Notes: generated by a model from the letters alone, not told the origin. Counted from the first letter of the stretch, positions 30,959 through 43,277 are shown. The stretch is 64,000 nt of DNA from an uncultured Candidatus Rokubacteria bacterium (GCA_963754315.1 CAVWFS010000006.1:32001-96000); one strand, 5' to 3'. Program-made: numbers and translations.

Positions 30959-32487
30959 GCGCCAAGCCTCCTTCCGAGAGAGCGCTGCCTCGCCGACCGG
31001 CGGGCGGGCACTCGGCGAACGAACTCGCGGCCCACGGCTACCGCGATGACAAGCCAGACGAGGACGAGGACGACATTGACCATGGCGAATCGCGACGCCC
31101 CGAAGGCGAGCGCGCTCGTGCCGATGAGGACCGTGCCTGCCGCCAAGAGATCGCCCGACCGGACGACAAAGGTGTCGATGACCTGCTTGGCCTTGTACTT
31201 CTGGGCGCGGGTGGTGGGCAGGTAGAGGACCTGGCTCACGGTGTTCTGTAAAGAGTAGTCGATCGAGTTCTCGGCCGTCTTCACCCAGCGCAGGATGCCG
31301 AGGGAGGGCACCACCGCGGCGACCCCATAGCTGACCAGAGCCACGAGGGGCAGGATGGTCATGGAGACCGGCACCCCAGAGTAGTTGATGGCGCGCGAGA
31401 CGAGGAAAAGCTGGAGCAGCATGCCAGTGACGTTCACCACCTGGAAATAGCTGGCGTAGAAGTGGCCGATGAACGTGCCTCGCTCCTCCGGCCGGAGGTG
31501 GCCGGCGGCGATCTGCTCCTCGCCAGTTGCCCTGACCACGGAGCCGAGGATGTACTCGCCATTGGCGTTCACCCAGTTGAGGAGCAGGATGAGCACGGCG
31601 ATCAGCATGAGGTAGCGGTGCTGGAGCACGAGCCCGAACGGGTTGCCCTCGCCGATCGGCTGGTCGGCGTCGGCGGCGCGGGGGTCGGACGCCGTGGCAC
31701 GCAGGGCGCGACGCTCGATGAGATTGAAGACGACGAGGCTTGCGGCGAGGACCAAGGCCGCCACCAGCAGCAGCGCATGCACCCCGATCAGACGTATCAA
31801 CCGGCCGCAGATGAACGCCCCGAACACCGCGCCGCTCGACGCCCCGAAGGCAATGAGGGCGAAGAGGCGCTTTCCGGCTTCCGGCGTGTACACGTCGTTG
31901 GCAAAGGCCCAAAACTGGGCGATCACCATCAGGCTGAAGATGCCGATCCACAGGAAGAACGCGATGCCAACCGGGAAGCCGCTCTCGGCAAGCGCGTAGA
32001 AAACGGGCAGGCACGCGATGAAGAAAAGCGTGACCAGGTTGATGAGCCAGCGGCGTGCCATTCGCGCGGCGAGGACGCCGTAAAGCGGCACTGCCAAGGT
32101 GAGGAGCAGGGCCTGGGCGCCCAGGGTATAGCTCTTGATCTCCGCGCCCCGCGGCTGGGCGAGGATCAGCGCCTCGCGCGCGGGCTTCATTACGTAGTAG
32201 GCGGCCAGGATCAAGAAGACGGTCAGCGTCAGAAGCATGAGCTGTCGCATCTCGCCGGGCCGGACGTCCGCGAACAGGCTGAGGACCCGTTCCAGCGGGC
32301 CGCGCGGCCGCGAGGCCGGCGCGGCGGCTCGGCCGGTTGTGGGCAGGGCAGGTCCTGCCGTGGCGGCGCCCGCTCGGTCGGGGGGCATCGCTGTGGATGC
32401 CACGATGTGCCGGTCGTCCCCCGGCGGCGGTGGACTCACCGCCGCCTCAGGCGGACCTCGCCCCGGCTCCGCCTCCAGTTCATTCAT
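30955..32487 (-). CDS. NTT/TLC (Npt1-like) ATP/ADP or nucleotide translocase
   Basis: GGAGG RBS; about 12 TM segments; YYVMKPAREAL, QFWAFANDVYTPEAGKRLFALI, DYSLQNT...LYLP...KYKAKQVIDTFVVRSGD. Confidence 0.88.
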   Translation of the reverse strand: MNELEAEPGRGPPEAAVSPPPPGDDRHIVASTAMPPDRAGAATAGPALPTTGRAAAPASRPRGPLERVLSLFADVRPGEMRQLMLLTLTVFLILAAYYVMKPAREALILAQPRGAEIKSYTLGAQALLLTLAVPLYGVLAARMARRWLINLVTLFFIACLPVFYALAESGFPVGIAFFLWIGIFSLMVIAQFWAFANDVYTPEAGKRLFALIAFGASSGAVFGAFICGRLIRLIGVHALLLVAALVLAASLVVFNLIERRALRATASDPRAADADQPIGEGNPFGLVLQHRYLMLIAVLILLLNWVNANGEYILGSVVRATGEEQIAAGHLRPEERGTFIGHFYASYFQVVNVTGMLLQLFLVSRAINYSGVPVSMTILPLVALVSYGVAAVVPSLGILRWVKTAENSIDYSLQNTVSQVLYLPTTRAQKYKAKQVIDTFVVRSGDLLAAGTVLIGTSALAFGASRFAMVNVVLVLVWLVIAVAVGREFVRRVPARRSARQRSLGRRLGA

Positions 32488-32735
32488 TTCCTCCCAGACT
32501 GCATGGTTGCTTATACCGTCGGATCTCGGCCGGGCGAGCGTCTTCGTTGTACCGCGGCCGGAGTAGGCTGGCAAGGTCGCCCGCCGTGCCCGGACCCGCC
32601 GGCGCCGCGCGGCCGGCGCTCAGGGCAGGATTGCCTCGGCACGTTCATCCCTCGTCGGCCGGTGCTGCTGCTCCCTGTTTCGAGAGCTCTCACGCACAAC
32701 CCGCCCCTCTAGCCAACCGCCACCGGAGGATTCGC

Positions 32736-32750
32736 TGGCACCAAATATGC
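32736..32750 (+). promoter_or_regulatory. Sigma-54 (-24/-12) promoter
   Basis: TGGCACCAAATATGC (GG-N10-GC), 36 nt before the ATG at 32787. Confidence 0.55.
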
Positions 32751-32786
32751 CGTAAGGTAGAAACTAGGCACGCAAGGAGGATCGCG

Positions 32787-33035
32787 ATGGGTGGGCTACT
32801 GTTCGGGGCAATCATCGGGGCGGCCGTCATGTACTTCTGGGGAGACCGCATCCGCGACGCCATGCCGCAGGCGAAGGAGAGGGCCGCAGATGCCCTCGGT
32901 AAGATTGGCGAGAGCGCCGAAGACGCGCTTGACCGGGCTCGCTCCAGCGTTCGCGACTCAGTGAGCCGGGGTCAGGACACGCTCCGCGCGCGGACGGGGA
33001 CCCGCGAAGCGAGGGACCACGAGAAGTCCGTCTGA
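32787..33035 (+). CDS. YtxH/general-stress-like small membrane-anchored protein
   Basis: AGGAGG RBS; GLLFGAIIGAAVMYFW followed by an amphipathic Ala/Asp/Arg-rich helix. Confidence 0.75.
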   Translation: MGGLLFGAIIGAAVMYFWGDRIRDAMPQAKERAADALGKIGESAEDALDRARSSVRDSVSRGQDTLRARTGTREARDHEKSV

Positions 33036-33226
33036 CTCGCTTCTCGCCTCAGCCTTCTCAAGAACAGCCAGGTGATGGACGACCGCGGGCGCAAGCAGGA
33101 GCGCCCCGAGGATGACCGTGGGCTTTGCGGTCCAGGGGGCGCTGCTGCTTGGCTCGCAGTCTGGGCAGAGAGCCAGGTGCACGAGCGCTTGACCTCCCCA
33201 AGCCTCGGCCTGAGGGAGAAGCGATC

Positions 33227-34093
33227 ATAGCGTTCATCGCAGCGAATGGGCTCACCGAGGACGCGACGAGCAGAACCATCGAGGCCGGTGGCATGACCGT
33301 GCACTACCACGACGTCGGGGCGGGGGAGCCGGTGCTGTTCCTGCACTCCTACGGACCCGGTACCACGGCGTGGATAACCTTCTACAAAATCATCGGTGCG
33401 CTCTCGCAGCACTTTCGTTGCATCCTCATGGATCTACCAAACTTCAGCAAGACGGGACCGATCGTCTATCACGAGGGCGTGCACGCCGTCCAGGCGCGGA
33501 CGGCCATCGCCCTCCTGGACGCGCTCGGCATCGGTCGCGCACACTTCGTCGGCAACTCGCAGGGTGGGCAATCGTCCATGGTCGCGGCCATCATGTACCC
33601 GCAGCGGGTCGGCAAGTTTGTGATGGGGGGGTCGCATATCGGCACCGGCGGTGATCGGTACCTCATGGCTAACCGTCCCTCGGAGGGTAGCCGGGCCACC
33701 CGCGAGGCGTTGGCCAACCCTAGCCGCGAGAACATTCGCCGGTACCTCCGCGTGCACATCGATCACGAAGCCCTCGTCACCGACGAACTGGTGAACTACA
33801 TTCACCGGGCGCACACGTGGTCACCCGCGTTCGAAGAGGCGCGGCGGCAGTGTGTGAGCGTACCGCACGACTACACGTCAGACCTGGCGAGCATCCAGGC
33901 GCCCGTGCTCCTCATTCACGGCCGCTATGATCGGATGGTCGCCTTCGAGGTCAGCATCGCCATCCTCAATCACATCGCCGACTCGCGCCTCGTACTTCTC
34001 AACAACTGCGGCCACTGGCCTCCATTCGAGAAACCCGACGAGTACACTGCGCAGGTGCTGGCGTTTCTGAAGGGGTACGGAGGCGCCGCGTGA
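33227..34093 (+). CDS. Meta-cleavage product (C-C) hydrolase, MhpC/BphD-like alpha/beta hydrolase
   Basis: VHYHDVGAGEPVLFLHSYGPG, VGNSQGG, HGRYDRMV, CGHWPPFE; start uncertain (ATA after GAGGGAG, or 33293). Confidence 0.85.
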   Translation: MAFIAANGLTEDATSRTIEAGGMTVHYHDVGAGEPVLFLHSYGPGTTAWITFYKIIGALSQHFRCILMDLPNFSKTGPIVYHEGVHAVQARTAIALLDALGIGRAHFVGNSQGGQSSMVAAIMYPQRVGKFVMGGSHIGTGGDRYLMANRPSEGSRATREALANPSRENIRRYLRVHIDHEALVTDELVNYIHRAHTWSPAFEEARRQCVSVPHDYTSDLASIQAPVLLIHGRYDRMVAFEVSIAILNHIADSRLVLLNNCGHWPPFEKPDEYTAQVLAFLKGYGGAA

Positions 34094-34105
34094 CGGGGCG
34101 GCCCA

Positions 34106-34630
34106 TCACAAGAAAATGCTGAGATTCTTGTCCAGAAGGACGTTGGCGTCGAGGACGATCGTGCGCCGCGCCACCTTCCACGCGCCGTCTATCTGACGCA
34201 GGACATCTTCGCGGCTTCCCGCGAAGAGCTGCTGATCCGTCTCCAGATGCGACCGGTACACAAGGAACGCGGTCTTGGCCTGCACGACGCCGCTGTCCCA
34301 CGACTCCACCACCAGGTTGCCGATCAGGTGCCGGGTGCGCGAGGGAGGGTCCTCGGCCCACGCCATCCCGCTCTCCAGGCGCGCCACTCGCATCTGCAAA
34401 TAGCGCTTGTCGTCCTCGATCAGCGCCAGGTCTCCCCGCGAGGTGACTTCCCGGTCCGATTCCCGGCGCCGCACGTTCTTCCGGCGGGGCATGAAATACA
34501 GCACGTCGTCCGTGAAGAGGTCGAGCCACTCCCCGAACTTGCGCTCGTCGAGGAGCCAGGCCTCCCGGATGTAGAATTGCATCAACTCCACCCAGAGCGC
34601 CTGCCCCGGCGTCACGGTCGCGGTCTCCAC
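34106..34630 (-). CDS. Aromatic ring-hydroxylating dioxygenase beta subunit
   Basis: FYIREAWLLDERKFGEWLDLF, WAEDPPSRTRHLIGN, REDVLR, LLDKNLSIFL; start approximate. Confidence 0.93.
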   Translation of the reverse strand: METATVTPGQALWVELMQFYIREAWLLDERKFGEWLDLFTDDVLYFMPRRKNVRRRESDREVTSRGDLALIEDDKRYLQMRVARLESGMAWAEDPPSRTRHLIGNLVVESWDSGVVQAKTAFLVYRSHLETDQQLFAGSREDVLRQIDGAWKVARRTIVLDANVLLDKNLSIFL

Positions 34631-34677
34631 CCCCTGTGCATGCCTTCCTCCCAGACCGATATGAGCGGAGCCGCGGC

Positions 34678-36015
34678 TTATCCGCGCACGGTGGCAGTGC
34701 CCTCGTAGCGGGCGATGATGGGATCCAGGGTGATCTCGTTCCAGCTTTCGGCGTTCATGAATTCTTGCCACCGCAGGTAGAAGTTGCGCTGGTTGTTCTC
34801 GGAGATATAGCGATCGGACACGAGCCCCGGGTAGTCTGGATGGGCGCCGGCGTGGCCGAGGCCCATCGACAGATCCTGGGCCACTCGCCGTCCGATGCGG
34901 CTCTGGCTGGCCGCGGTTACCTGGCGCCAGTTATCGACGTCGTCTTGCTCGAAGAGCCCGGCCACCCCGTTGTTGGCCTGACTGCCGATACGGATCACCT
35001 CGTTGATGGCCTCGGGCGCGTCCTTCTCGAGCAGCACGAAGTGCCAGAACTCCGTCCGCAACGGCCCCCGCGGATGCGCCAGCCGAAAGCCCAGGATCCC
35101 GTTGGGGAACACGCTGTGGTTGGCCAGCTGGATGCGGTGGGCGCGGAACGCGCCGAGCCGCCGCTCAACTTCGGGAAGGGTGGCCCGATGGTACTCCTGG
35201 AAGAGGTGGACGGTCTCGCGCGACATGCCGTGCACGTAGCGAGGCGTATCGTCGCTCGCCTCCCGGAAGGTCAGCGAATGCCCGTTCACGAAGACGTGCT
35301 TGTTGGGACTCTTGAACTGGTCCGCATGGGAGAGGGGGGGACGTCCGAGAAGGTGGCTTTGCACCCGTGCGCTGGACAGGTGCGTGGTGGGGACGTGATA
35401 GTTGTCCGAGCAATTGTCGACGAGGGTCTTCCAGTTGACCGGCTCGATCCATTTCGCGGGGCCCAGCGCCTGCATGCCGCCGTCGCGCCGGTTGAAGAAC
35501 GTGTCGAGGTACCAGCGCGCGTCGCCCAGGTAGGCCTCGAGGCTCGGGGCATCGGACGCCCAGGTGGCGAAGACGATGCCGGCATAGGTGTCGGTCCGCG
35601 CTTGGAGGAGGCCGAGCGACGGTTTGTCGAGCGCGTCGTAGTAGGCCTCGGATTCCCCCGACACATGCGTGAGCGTGCCGTCGTTGGCGTAGGTCCAGCC
35701 GTGGTAGGTGCACATGAACTGGCGAGCGTTGCCGTCATCGCAGCGCACCACGCGGTTGCCGCGGTGCCGGCACATGTTCAGGAGCGCGTGAAGCCGGCCC
35801 TGGCCGTCACGGGTCAGAATCACCGGGTCCTCGCCCATGTACGTGTGGAAGAAGTCATGGGCCTGAGGGACGAGGCTCTCGTGGCCGATCATCAGCCAGG
35901 CCCGGCCAAAGATCTTCACCATCTCATCGTCGTAGATGGCTTGGTCACTGAAGATGCGCCGGTCGATCTTGCCCGTCTCGGGGTCGATGATGGCGTACTT
36001 TGGCGAGGAGCCCAT
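34678..36015 (-). CDS. Rieske aromatic ring-hydroxylating dioxygenase alpha subunit
   Basis: Rieske CRHRG...CTYHGW; mononuclear Fe ligands DNYHVPTTH and EQDDVDNW. Confidence 0.95.
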   Translation of the reverse strand: MGSSPKYAIIDPETGKIDRRIFSDQAIYDDEMVKIFGRAWLMIGHESLVPQAHDFFHTYMGEDPVILTRDGQGRLHALLNMCRHRGNRVVRCDDGNARQFMCTYHGWTYANDGTLTHVSGESEAYYDALDKPSLGLLQARTDTYAGIVFATWASDAPSLEAYLGDARWYLDTFFNRRDGGMQALGPAKWIEPVNWKTLVDNCSDNYHVPTTHLSSARVQSHLLGRPPLSHADQFKSPNKHVFVNGHSLTFREASDDTPRYVHGMSRETVHLFQEYHRATLPEVERRLGAFRAHRIQLANHSVFPNGILGFRLAHPRGPLRTEFWHFVLLEKDAPEAINEVIRIGSQANNGVAGLFEQDDVDNWRQVTAASQSRIGRRVAQDLSMGLGHAGAHPDYPGLVSDRYISENNQRNFYLRWQEFMNAESWNEITLDPIIARYEGTATVRG

Positions 36016-36164
36016 GTCACGTCTTCCTCCGGCTCGCTGAGGATGCTCGCATCCACCCTACGGAAAAGAGATCCCTCTTTGCAAGGCGGGCGTTAGGCAG
36101 GACGTCTCCTGGTGACGGGCTCGAGAGCAGCTCGTCGTGCGTGCTCTCGAGCCCGGGACCGGAG

Positions 36165-36606
36165 TTACTTCTGCAGGGTCAGCTTGAGACCCTCGGCCGC
36201 CAGCTTGAGGCTCGCGCCCTGGGTGGTGCTCTTGAGTTCGATGACCACCCCGTTCTGATTCTTCATCGCCGTCACGCCCGCGCCTCCGCCAACGGTGGCC
36301 CCTGCTGCGCCTGCGACATAGTTTCCGTTAAAGTCCTCGAGCTTCTTCAGATTGGACACATTCCCCGTCGCGGTCGCGCGTCTGGATCCCCACCTCTCCG
36401 ACCGAGAGCCCTTCGACCTTGACGGGATACGTCTTTCCCTGGTAACTAAGGGTCCCTTTGCCCCAGGAATATCCGATGCCTACGGCCACGCTTCCCTCGG
36501 TCAGGGTGAGGGTGGCGTCCGGCTTCTTGGCCTGCGCCAGCGCCAGCCCCGTCAACAGGGACACCAAACTCCCGACGGCCACCACTCCAGTCAACATCCG
36601 CCTCAT
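36165..36606 (-). CDS. DUF1134/EipA-like exported protein, one frameshift near 36385
   Basis: GAGGAGG RBS; signal peptide; SVAVGIGYSWGKGTL...GLSVGEVG then NLKKLEDFNGNY...MKNQNGVVIEL in the next frame. Confidence 0.8.
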
Positions 36607-36951
36607 GATGAACCTCCTCTCGAGCTGACTCTTCGCCCCGAATGTAGGACTTCGTTCGTGCGCCTTTCCTGCCGGGCGGGCCCTGGTCGCGTCGCTGGCG
36701 CACCCGGCACCCTCTCGATGGTACCGCGTTCGGATCCAGGAGCGCAAAGAGGGGGAAGCGCCTGCCGGGGATCCGATAGCTCATCAGGCCATCGGAGCGA
36801 CGAGATGCACGACGTGGTCCACTGCCGTAACCTAGGCCTCTGGACGACCGAGGCCAAGAAGCCGGAGGCTGGCACGTCATCAGCATGAAGAGTGAGTGGA
36901 AGCGGATCGTCGCGTTCGACCCCTAGCGGCGGCGCGCGACAGGAGGGGCGC

Positions 36952-37596
36952 ATGATCTTTGAGCAACTCGACGCCGGTGGCGACCGTAACTTCAGCTACC
37001 TGATCGGCGACGAAGACAGCCGTGTCTGTGCCGTCGTCGATCCCGGCTACGACACCAGCAAGGTCGAAGCTCGGGTGCAGGCCTTAGGACTTCGGGTCGC
37101 CTATGTTCTGAATACTCATACGCACCATGACCATGTGGCCGGCAACGGTGTCTTTCACAAGGGCGAGGTCAAGCTCGCCGCGTTCCGGGAGGCGCGCGTC
37201 AAGCCGGACATTGCCCTCGACCACGGCAGTGTCATCGATGTGGGCAAGCAGCGGATCGAGGTGCTGTTCACCCCCGGCCACTACGTGGATTCGATTTGCC
37301 TGCTGGTCAACGGCCAGAAGCTGATCACGGGCGACACGTTGTTTGTCGGCTGTATCGGCGGCTCGGGTTTCAGCGGGAGCAGCTCGGAGAAGCAGTTTCA
37401 CAGTCTGTTCAAGGTGATCCTGGCCCTCGACGATGCCGTCGAGGTGTATCCCGGGCATCACTACGGCCCCACGCCCTTCTCCACGATCGGTCACGAACGC
37501 GCCCACAACCCCTTTCTCCAGCGCCCGAATTTCAAGGATTTCATGTGGCTGAAGGAGCACTGGGAGGAGTACCAGGCCGAGCACGGTATTCCCTAG
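36952..37596 (+). CDS. Glyoxalase-II-like MBL-fold hydrolase
   Basis: AGGAGG RBS; NTHTHHDH, TPGH, TGDTLF, YPGH. Confidence 0.92.
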   Translation: MIFEQLDAGGDRNFSYLIGDEDSRVCAVVDPGYDTSKVEARVQALGLRVAYVLNTHTHHDHVAGNGVFHKGEVKLAAFREARVKPDIALDHGSVIDVGKQRIEVLFTPGHYVDSICLLVNGQKLITGDTLFVGCIGGSGFSGSSSEKQFHSLFKVILALDDAVEVYPGHHYGPTPFSTIGHERAHNPFLQRPNFKDFMWLKEHWEEYQAEHGIP

Positions 37597-37614
37597 GCCG
37601 ATAGCCTGCACCCG

Positions 37615-38019
37615 CTACCACACGGGGGCGTCGTTCATGGTGGAGACGTGGGCGGCCACCACCTTCCAGCCGAGATCGGGAAAGCGCACCCACGTTTGAC
37701 TCTGCCGGCCGATCAGCTCGCGGCCGCGCACCTTGAACTCGAGATTCACGGTGGCCAGGTCGCGCCCGAGGGTCAGGACCTCCAGCCGGAGGCGCTTCTC
37801 TTTGATGCCCGGGCCCGGCGGCCGGGCGACCCGGTGGGCGTGGATCTGGCCGAAGCCATAGCCGTTCTCGTTCAGCGCGTACCGGATGGTGTACGGGCTG
37901 TTCCAGAAGGTGGCATCGAGCACGTCGACGTCCTTGTCGATCAGCGCCTGCTCGTAGCGCTCGAACAGGTCGCGCACCTCGGCCACCACCTCCGGGAGAT
38001 TGGGCGTCACGTCGATCAT
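37615..38019 (-). CDS. AtzH/HpxZ-like (DUF3225) protein
   Basis: PEVVAEVRDLFERYEQAL..DVDVLD..FW, GRQSQTWVR, WKVVAAHVS. Confidence 0.88.
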   Translation of the reverse strand: MIDVTPNLPEVVAEVRDLFERYEQALIDKDVDVLDATFWNSPYTIRYALNENGYGFGQIHAHRVARPPGPGIKEKRLRLEVLTLGRDLATVNLEFKVRGRELIGRQSQTWVRFPDLGWKVVAAHVSTMNDAPVW

Positions 38020-38072
38020 GATCCAGCCTCCATGGCCTTCGCCTCCGCCACCAATCCCGCGCCAGGGTCCTC

Positions 38073-38999
38073 TTACCCGATCTCAACCAGCTCCAGCGCC
38101 TCGCGGCTGGGGCCCTCGATCATGACCGCGCGCGTGTCGCCGAGCTTGTAGGGCCCTTCGAGGAAGGTGACACCCTCCCCCCGCAGCTTGGCGACCCACG
38201 CGTCGAGGTCCACAACCTTGAGCGCGATGTGATCGTACAGCTGACCGCGGGTGCTCACCAATGGCTGGTCACCCTGCCGCATGTACCACGGCAAGGCCAC
38301 GTCGCCGAACACGACTGCCGCCGATGGCACCCTGAACATCCCGTTCCGTTCGAGAGCCGGCCAGCTGCGCTCGGATCCGCGCGGCACCCTGCACGTGGTC
38401 TCGGTCATCAGGGTGGGGCTGGTACGCCCGGCGAACACGGGGGCGTTGAGGTGCTTCTGGTACCAGAGTTGGGCGCAGAACGGGTCGTCCTGGTACAGGT
38501 GCACATGGTTGAAGCGCTCGGCCGGATGGTTGCCCGCGTATTCGACGAGGGCATTGTCCGGGCCTCTCATGTATCCGAAGCCGCCCGTGCGAGTTGGCCG
38601 CACGCCCTTGGCCTTGGCCTCAACGATCTGCGCCCTCGTCAGGCCTGGTGTGCCGCCCGTACCCGGCCAGGTGTCGCTGCTGATAAAGACCGAACCGCCT
38701 TCGTCCGTGGTGTAGAGGGGCAAGAGCGTGACGTCAGGGTGACCCTGATAGCGTTCGAGGCTCGCGCGCGTGTCGGCGACATGCCAGCCGAAGTGCCAAA
38801 TGGCGCTGGGCGGCGAGGTCGGGGGTGTGGCGCCGACCTGAGTGAACAGGACCATGACGTCGTTCGGCGCGGTCAGGGCGGGCAGCCCGGCCCAGCTCGC
38901 CCGGGCCGAGGTCGGGAACTGGCGGACGTAGAAATCGATGGCCGCGTCGGGATCGACAGAGTTGAGATGGAGATGATGAAAGCCCGGAGCCGCCAACAT
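38073..38999 (-). CDS. Two-domain VOC family metalloprotein
   Basis: FHHLHLNSVDP, WHFGW, FNHVHL, YDHIALKV, GPSREALELVE; GGAGG RBS. Confidence 0.85.
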   Translation of the reverse strand: MLAAPGFHHLHLNSVDPDAAIDFYVRQFPTSARASWAGLPALTAPNDVMVLFTQVGATPPTSPPSAIWHFGWHVADTRASLERYQGHPDVTLLPLYTTDEGGSVFISSDTWPGTGGTPGLTRAQIVEAKAKGVRPTRTGGFGYMRGPDNALVEYAGNHPAERFNHVHLYQDDPFCAQLWYQKHLNAPVFAGRTSPTLMTETTCRVPRGSERSWPALERNGMFRVPSAAVVFGDVALPWYMRQGDQPLVSTRGQLYDHIALKVVDLDAWVAKLRGEGVTFLEGPYKLGDTRAVMIEGPSREALELVEIG

Positions 39000-39009
39000 T
39001 CAGACCCTC

Positions 39010-40440
39010 CTACTGGCGATGTATGAATTCGAGGATCGCGCTTTGGTGCTCGGCGACCAGCTTGCCCGCCGCGCCGACGAGAAGCTGGTGGTCACACTCC
39101 GAGGGCAGGACGAGTCGGGTCGGGATCTCGGCGATGCGCGTCCTCACCGCCTCGGGCGTCTTCAGCGGCTCCCGCTCCGCCTTGCAGGCCGGCGGCAAGT
39201 CGCTCATGTCGGCCGCCCACTTGGCCTCGGTGTGGCGCAGCACGATGACATTGATGGTCTTCGCGTCGGGGATGACTCCCTCGAGCTGGAGGCTCCGGAA
39301 GAAGAGCGCCTGGTAGGTGGTAGCCCGTTCCTCCATGATGCTGGGGACGCGGGAGAAGTCGAAGGTGAGGAGGGTAAACGGCAGGGAACGGCGACGGAGC
39401 TGTTGCTCTCCGACCGAGAAGGGAAAGGAGCTATCAAACGCAATGACGAGGGCCCGTTTCGCCCGCTTCAGCTGATGCTGCTTGAGGTAGAGGAAAAGGA
39501 GCGACTCGATTCCCGAGTTCTCGTAGAGGCCCCCGTCCCCGGCATGCCAATACGCTTCCTCCTCACCAATCTTCATGGTGAGGGGCCCGATGAGGGGCGG
39601 AAAGGACGCCGATGCCGTGACCGCGCCGGCCACGCGGGTCGGGCACGGATCGATGTTGATTTGGATGAGGGTCATCGGTCGGAGCAGCTTCCAGCGTTCA
39701 CGGATATACGGCGCCGGTTCCATGACGCGCCCACGCTGCTGGAGCGACCGCTCCAGATCCTCGAAGAAGTCGTAGTCGAACGCCTCCGCGGGGAGCGCGG
39801 TCACCGCGAGGCGCCGGCCGTTGTTGTAGAGCGTGGTGTTGATGACGAGGCCAGGGCTGTCGCCGGCCTTCTCCCGCGCGCTGATGTCCGCGAAGCGCGC
39901 GTCGCCGTAGATCCGCTCCCTGAGAATCTCATAGAGGGTCTGGGCGGCCAGGGCCGAGTTGACCCAGCGGAACGACAGGAGCTGACGCCAGATCAAGGCC
40001 GTCTCGAAGTCCTGGCTGACATCGGTCCGGTACTGCGTGAAGAAGGTCCGATAGGCGTCCGACATCGCCCCATCCGCGTTGAGGACTGGCACGTCCCGGC
40101 CCGGTTTCTTGAGGGCGTAGTAGCTGGCGGCGATGCTTCCCCCGGAGACGCTCGACAGGTGCGAGATCTTTTCGATCACTGAGGCGCCATCGGCCGTTCG
40201 CACACCGGCCAGCGCCTCCAACCCCGCGGCGCCAAAGAGCGCGGCGCGGCTTCCTCCGCCCGACAGCGCCACGCCGAGAAGCAGTTCGCGCTCGGGAACC
40301 TGGACCGCGCAATCTCCTATCGCGTCGGCGCGTGGCACGGTCAGGTGCTGGGCGCTGACGCACCCTCCCAGGACGATCGTCCCGATGAGCCCGACGGCGA
40401 AGGCCCACGCTGCCCAGGACTCTCCTGTCCCCCGCCCGCC

Positions 40441-40444
<4 letters not shown>
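39010..40444 (-). CDS. Patatin-like phospholipase lipoprotein, frameshift in the signal region
   Basis: [25 protein letters not shown]; in-frame upstream [15 protein letters not shown] lipobox; out-of-frame ATG at 40444 overlaps the upstream stop. Confidence 0.85.
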
Positions 40445-42881
<2,437 letters not shown>

Positions 42882-42971
42882 CCGCCCTCCTCTTCCCGCT
42901 CCGTCGTTGCACAGGTTTTCCGGGCCGCCCGTCCGCTCGCCCCGTTCGCCCGCGGGGGCCAAGAATCACCC

Positions 42972-43277
42972 TCAGCGGGTTACCCCGTCAAGCGCGCCCC
43001 TGCGCCCCGTCAAGCCGCGCCGAGCGGCGGCCTTGGCGCGCGCTTTCGATGCCTCGACGTCGCGATCGCGCAACGGCGCCTTCGTGACGAGCGAGTCGAG
43101 GAGCTCCTGGACGGCGCTCGCCACCTGGTTGACGGCGCGCGTGAAAGCGATCTCGTTCGCCTGGGAGGGTCTCGTGAAGCCGCTCAGCTTTCGGACAAAT
43201 TGCAGGGAGGATGCTCGGATTTCGGCGCGCGTGGCCGGTGGCTCGAAGTTATAGAGAGTCTTGATGCTTCGACACAT
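42972..43277 (-). CDS. DUF2277 family protein
   Basis: MCRSIKTLYNFEPPAT..EIRASSLQFVRKLSG...N..AF. Confidence 0.9.
   Translation of the reverse strand: MCRSIKTLYNFEPPATRAEIRASSLQFVRKLSGFTRPSQANEIAFTRAVNQVASAVQELLDSLVTKAPLRDRDVEASKARAKAAARRGLTGRRGALDGVTR

Noticed and set aside
30959..32014. 1346-aa ORF suggesting a giant N-terminal extension or an NTT-dikinase fusion
   Set aside because: The first 352 codons are an Arg/Pro-rich alternate frame of the NTT gene. The real start is the ATG at 30958, with a signal peptide and ATGA coupling.
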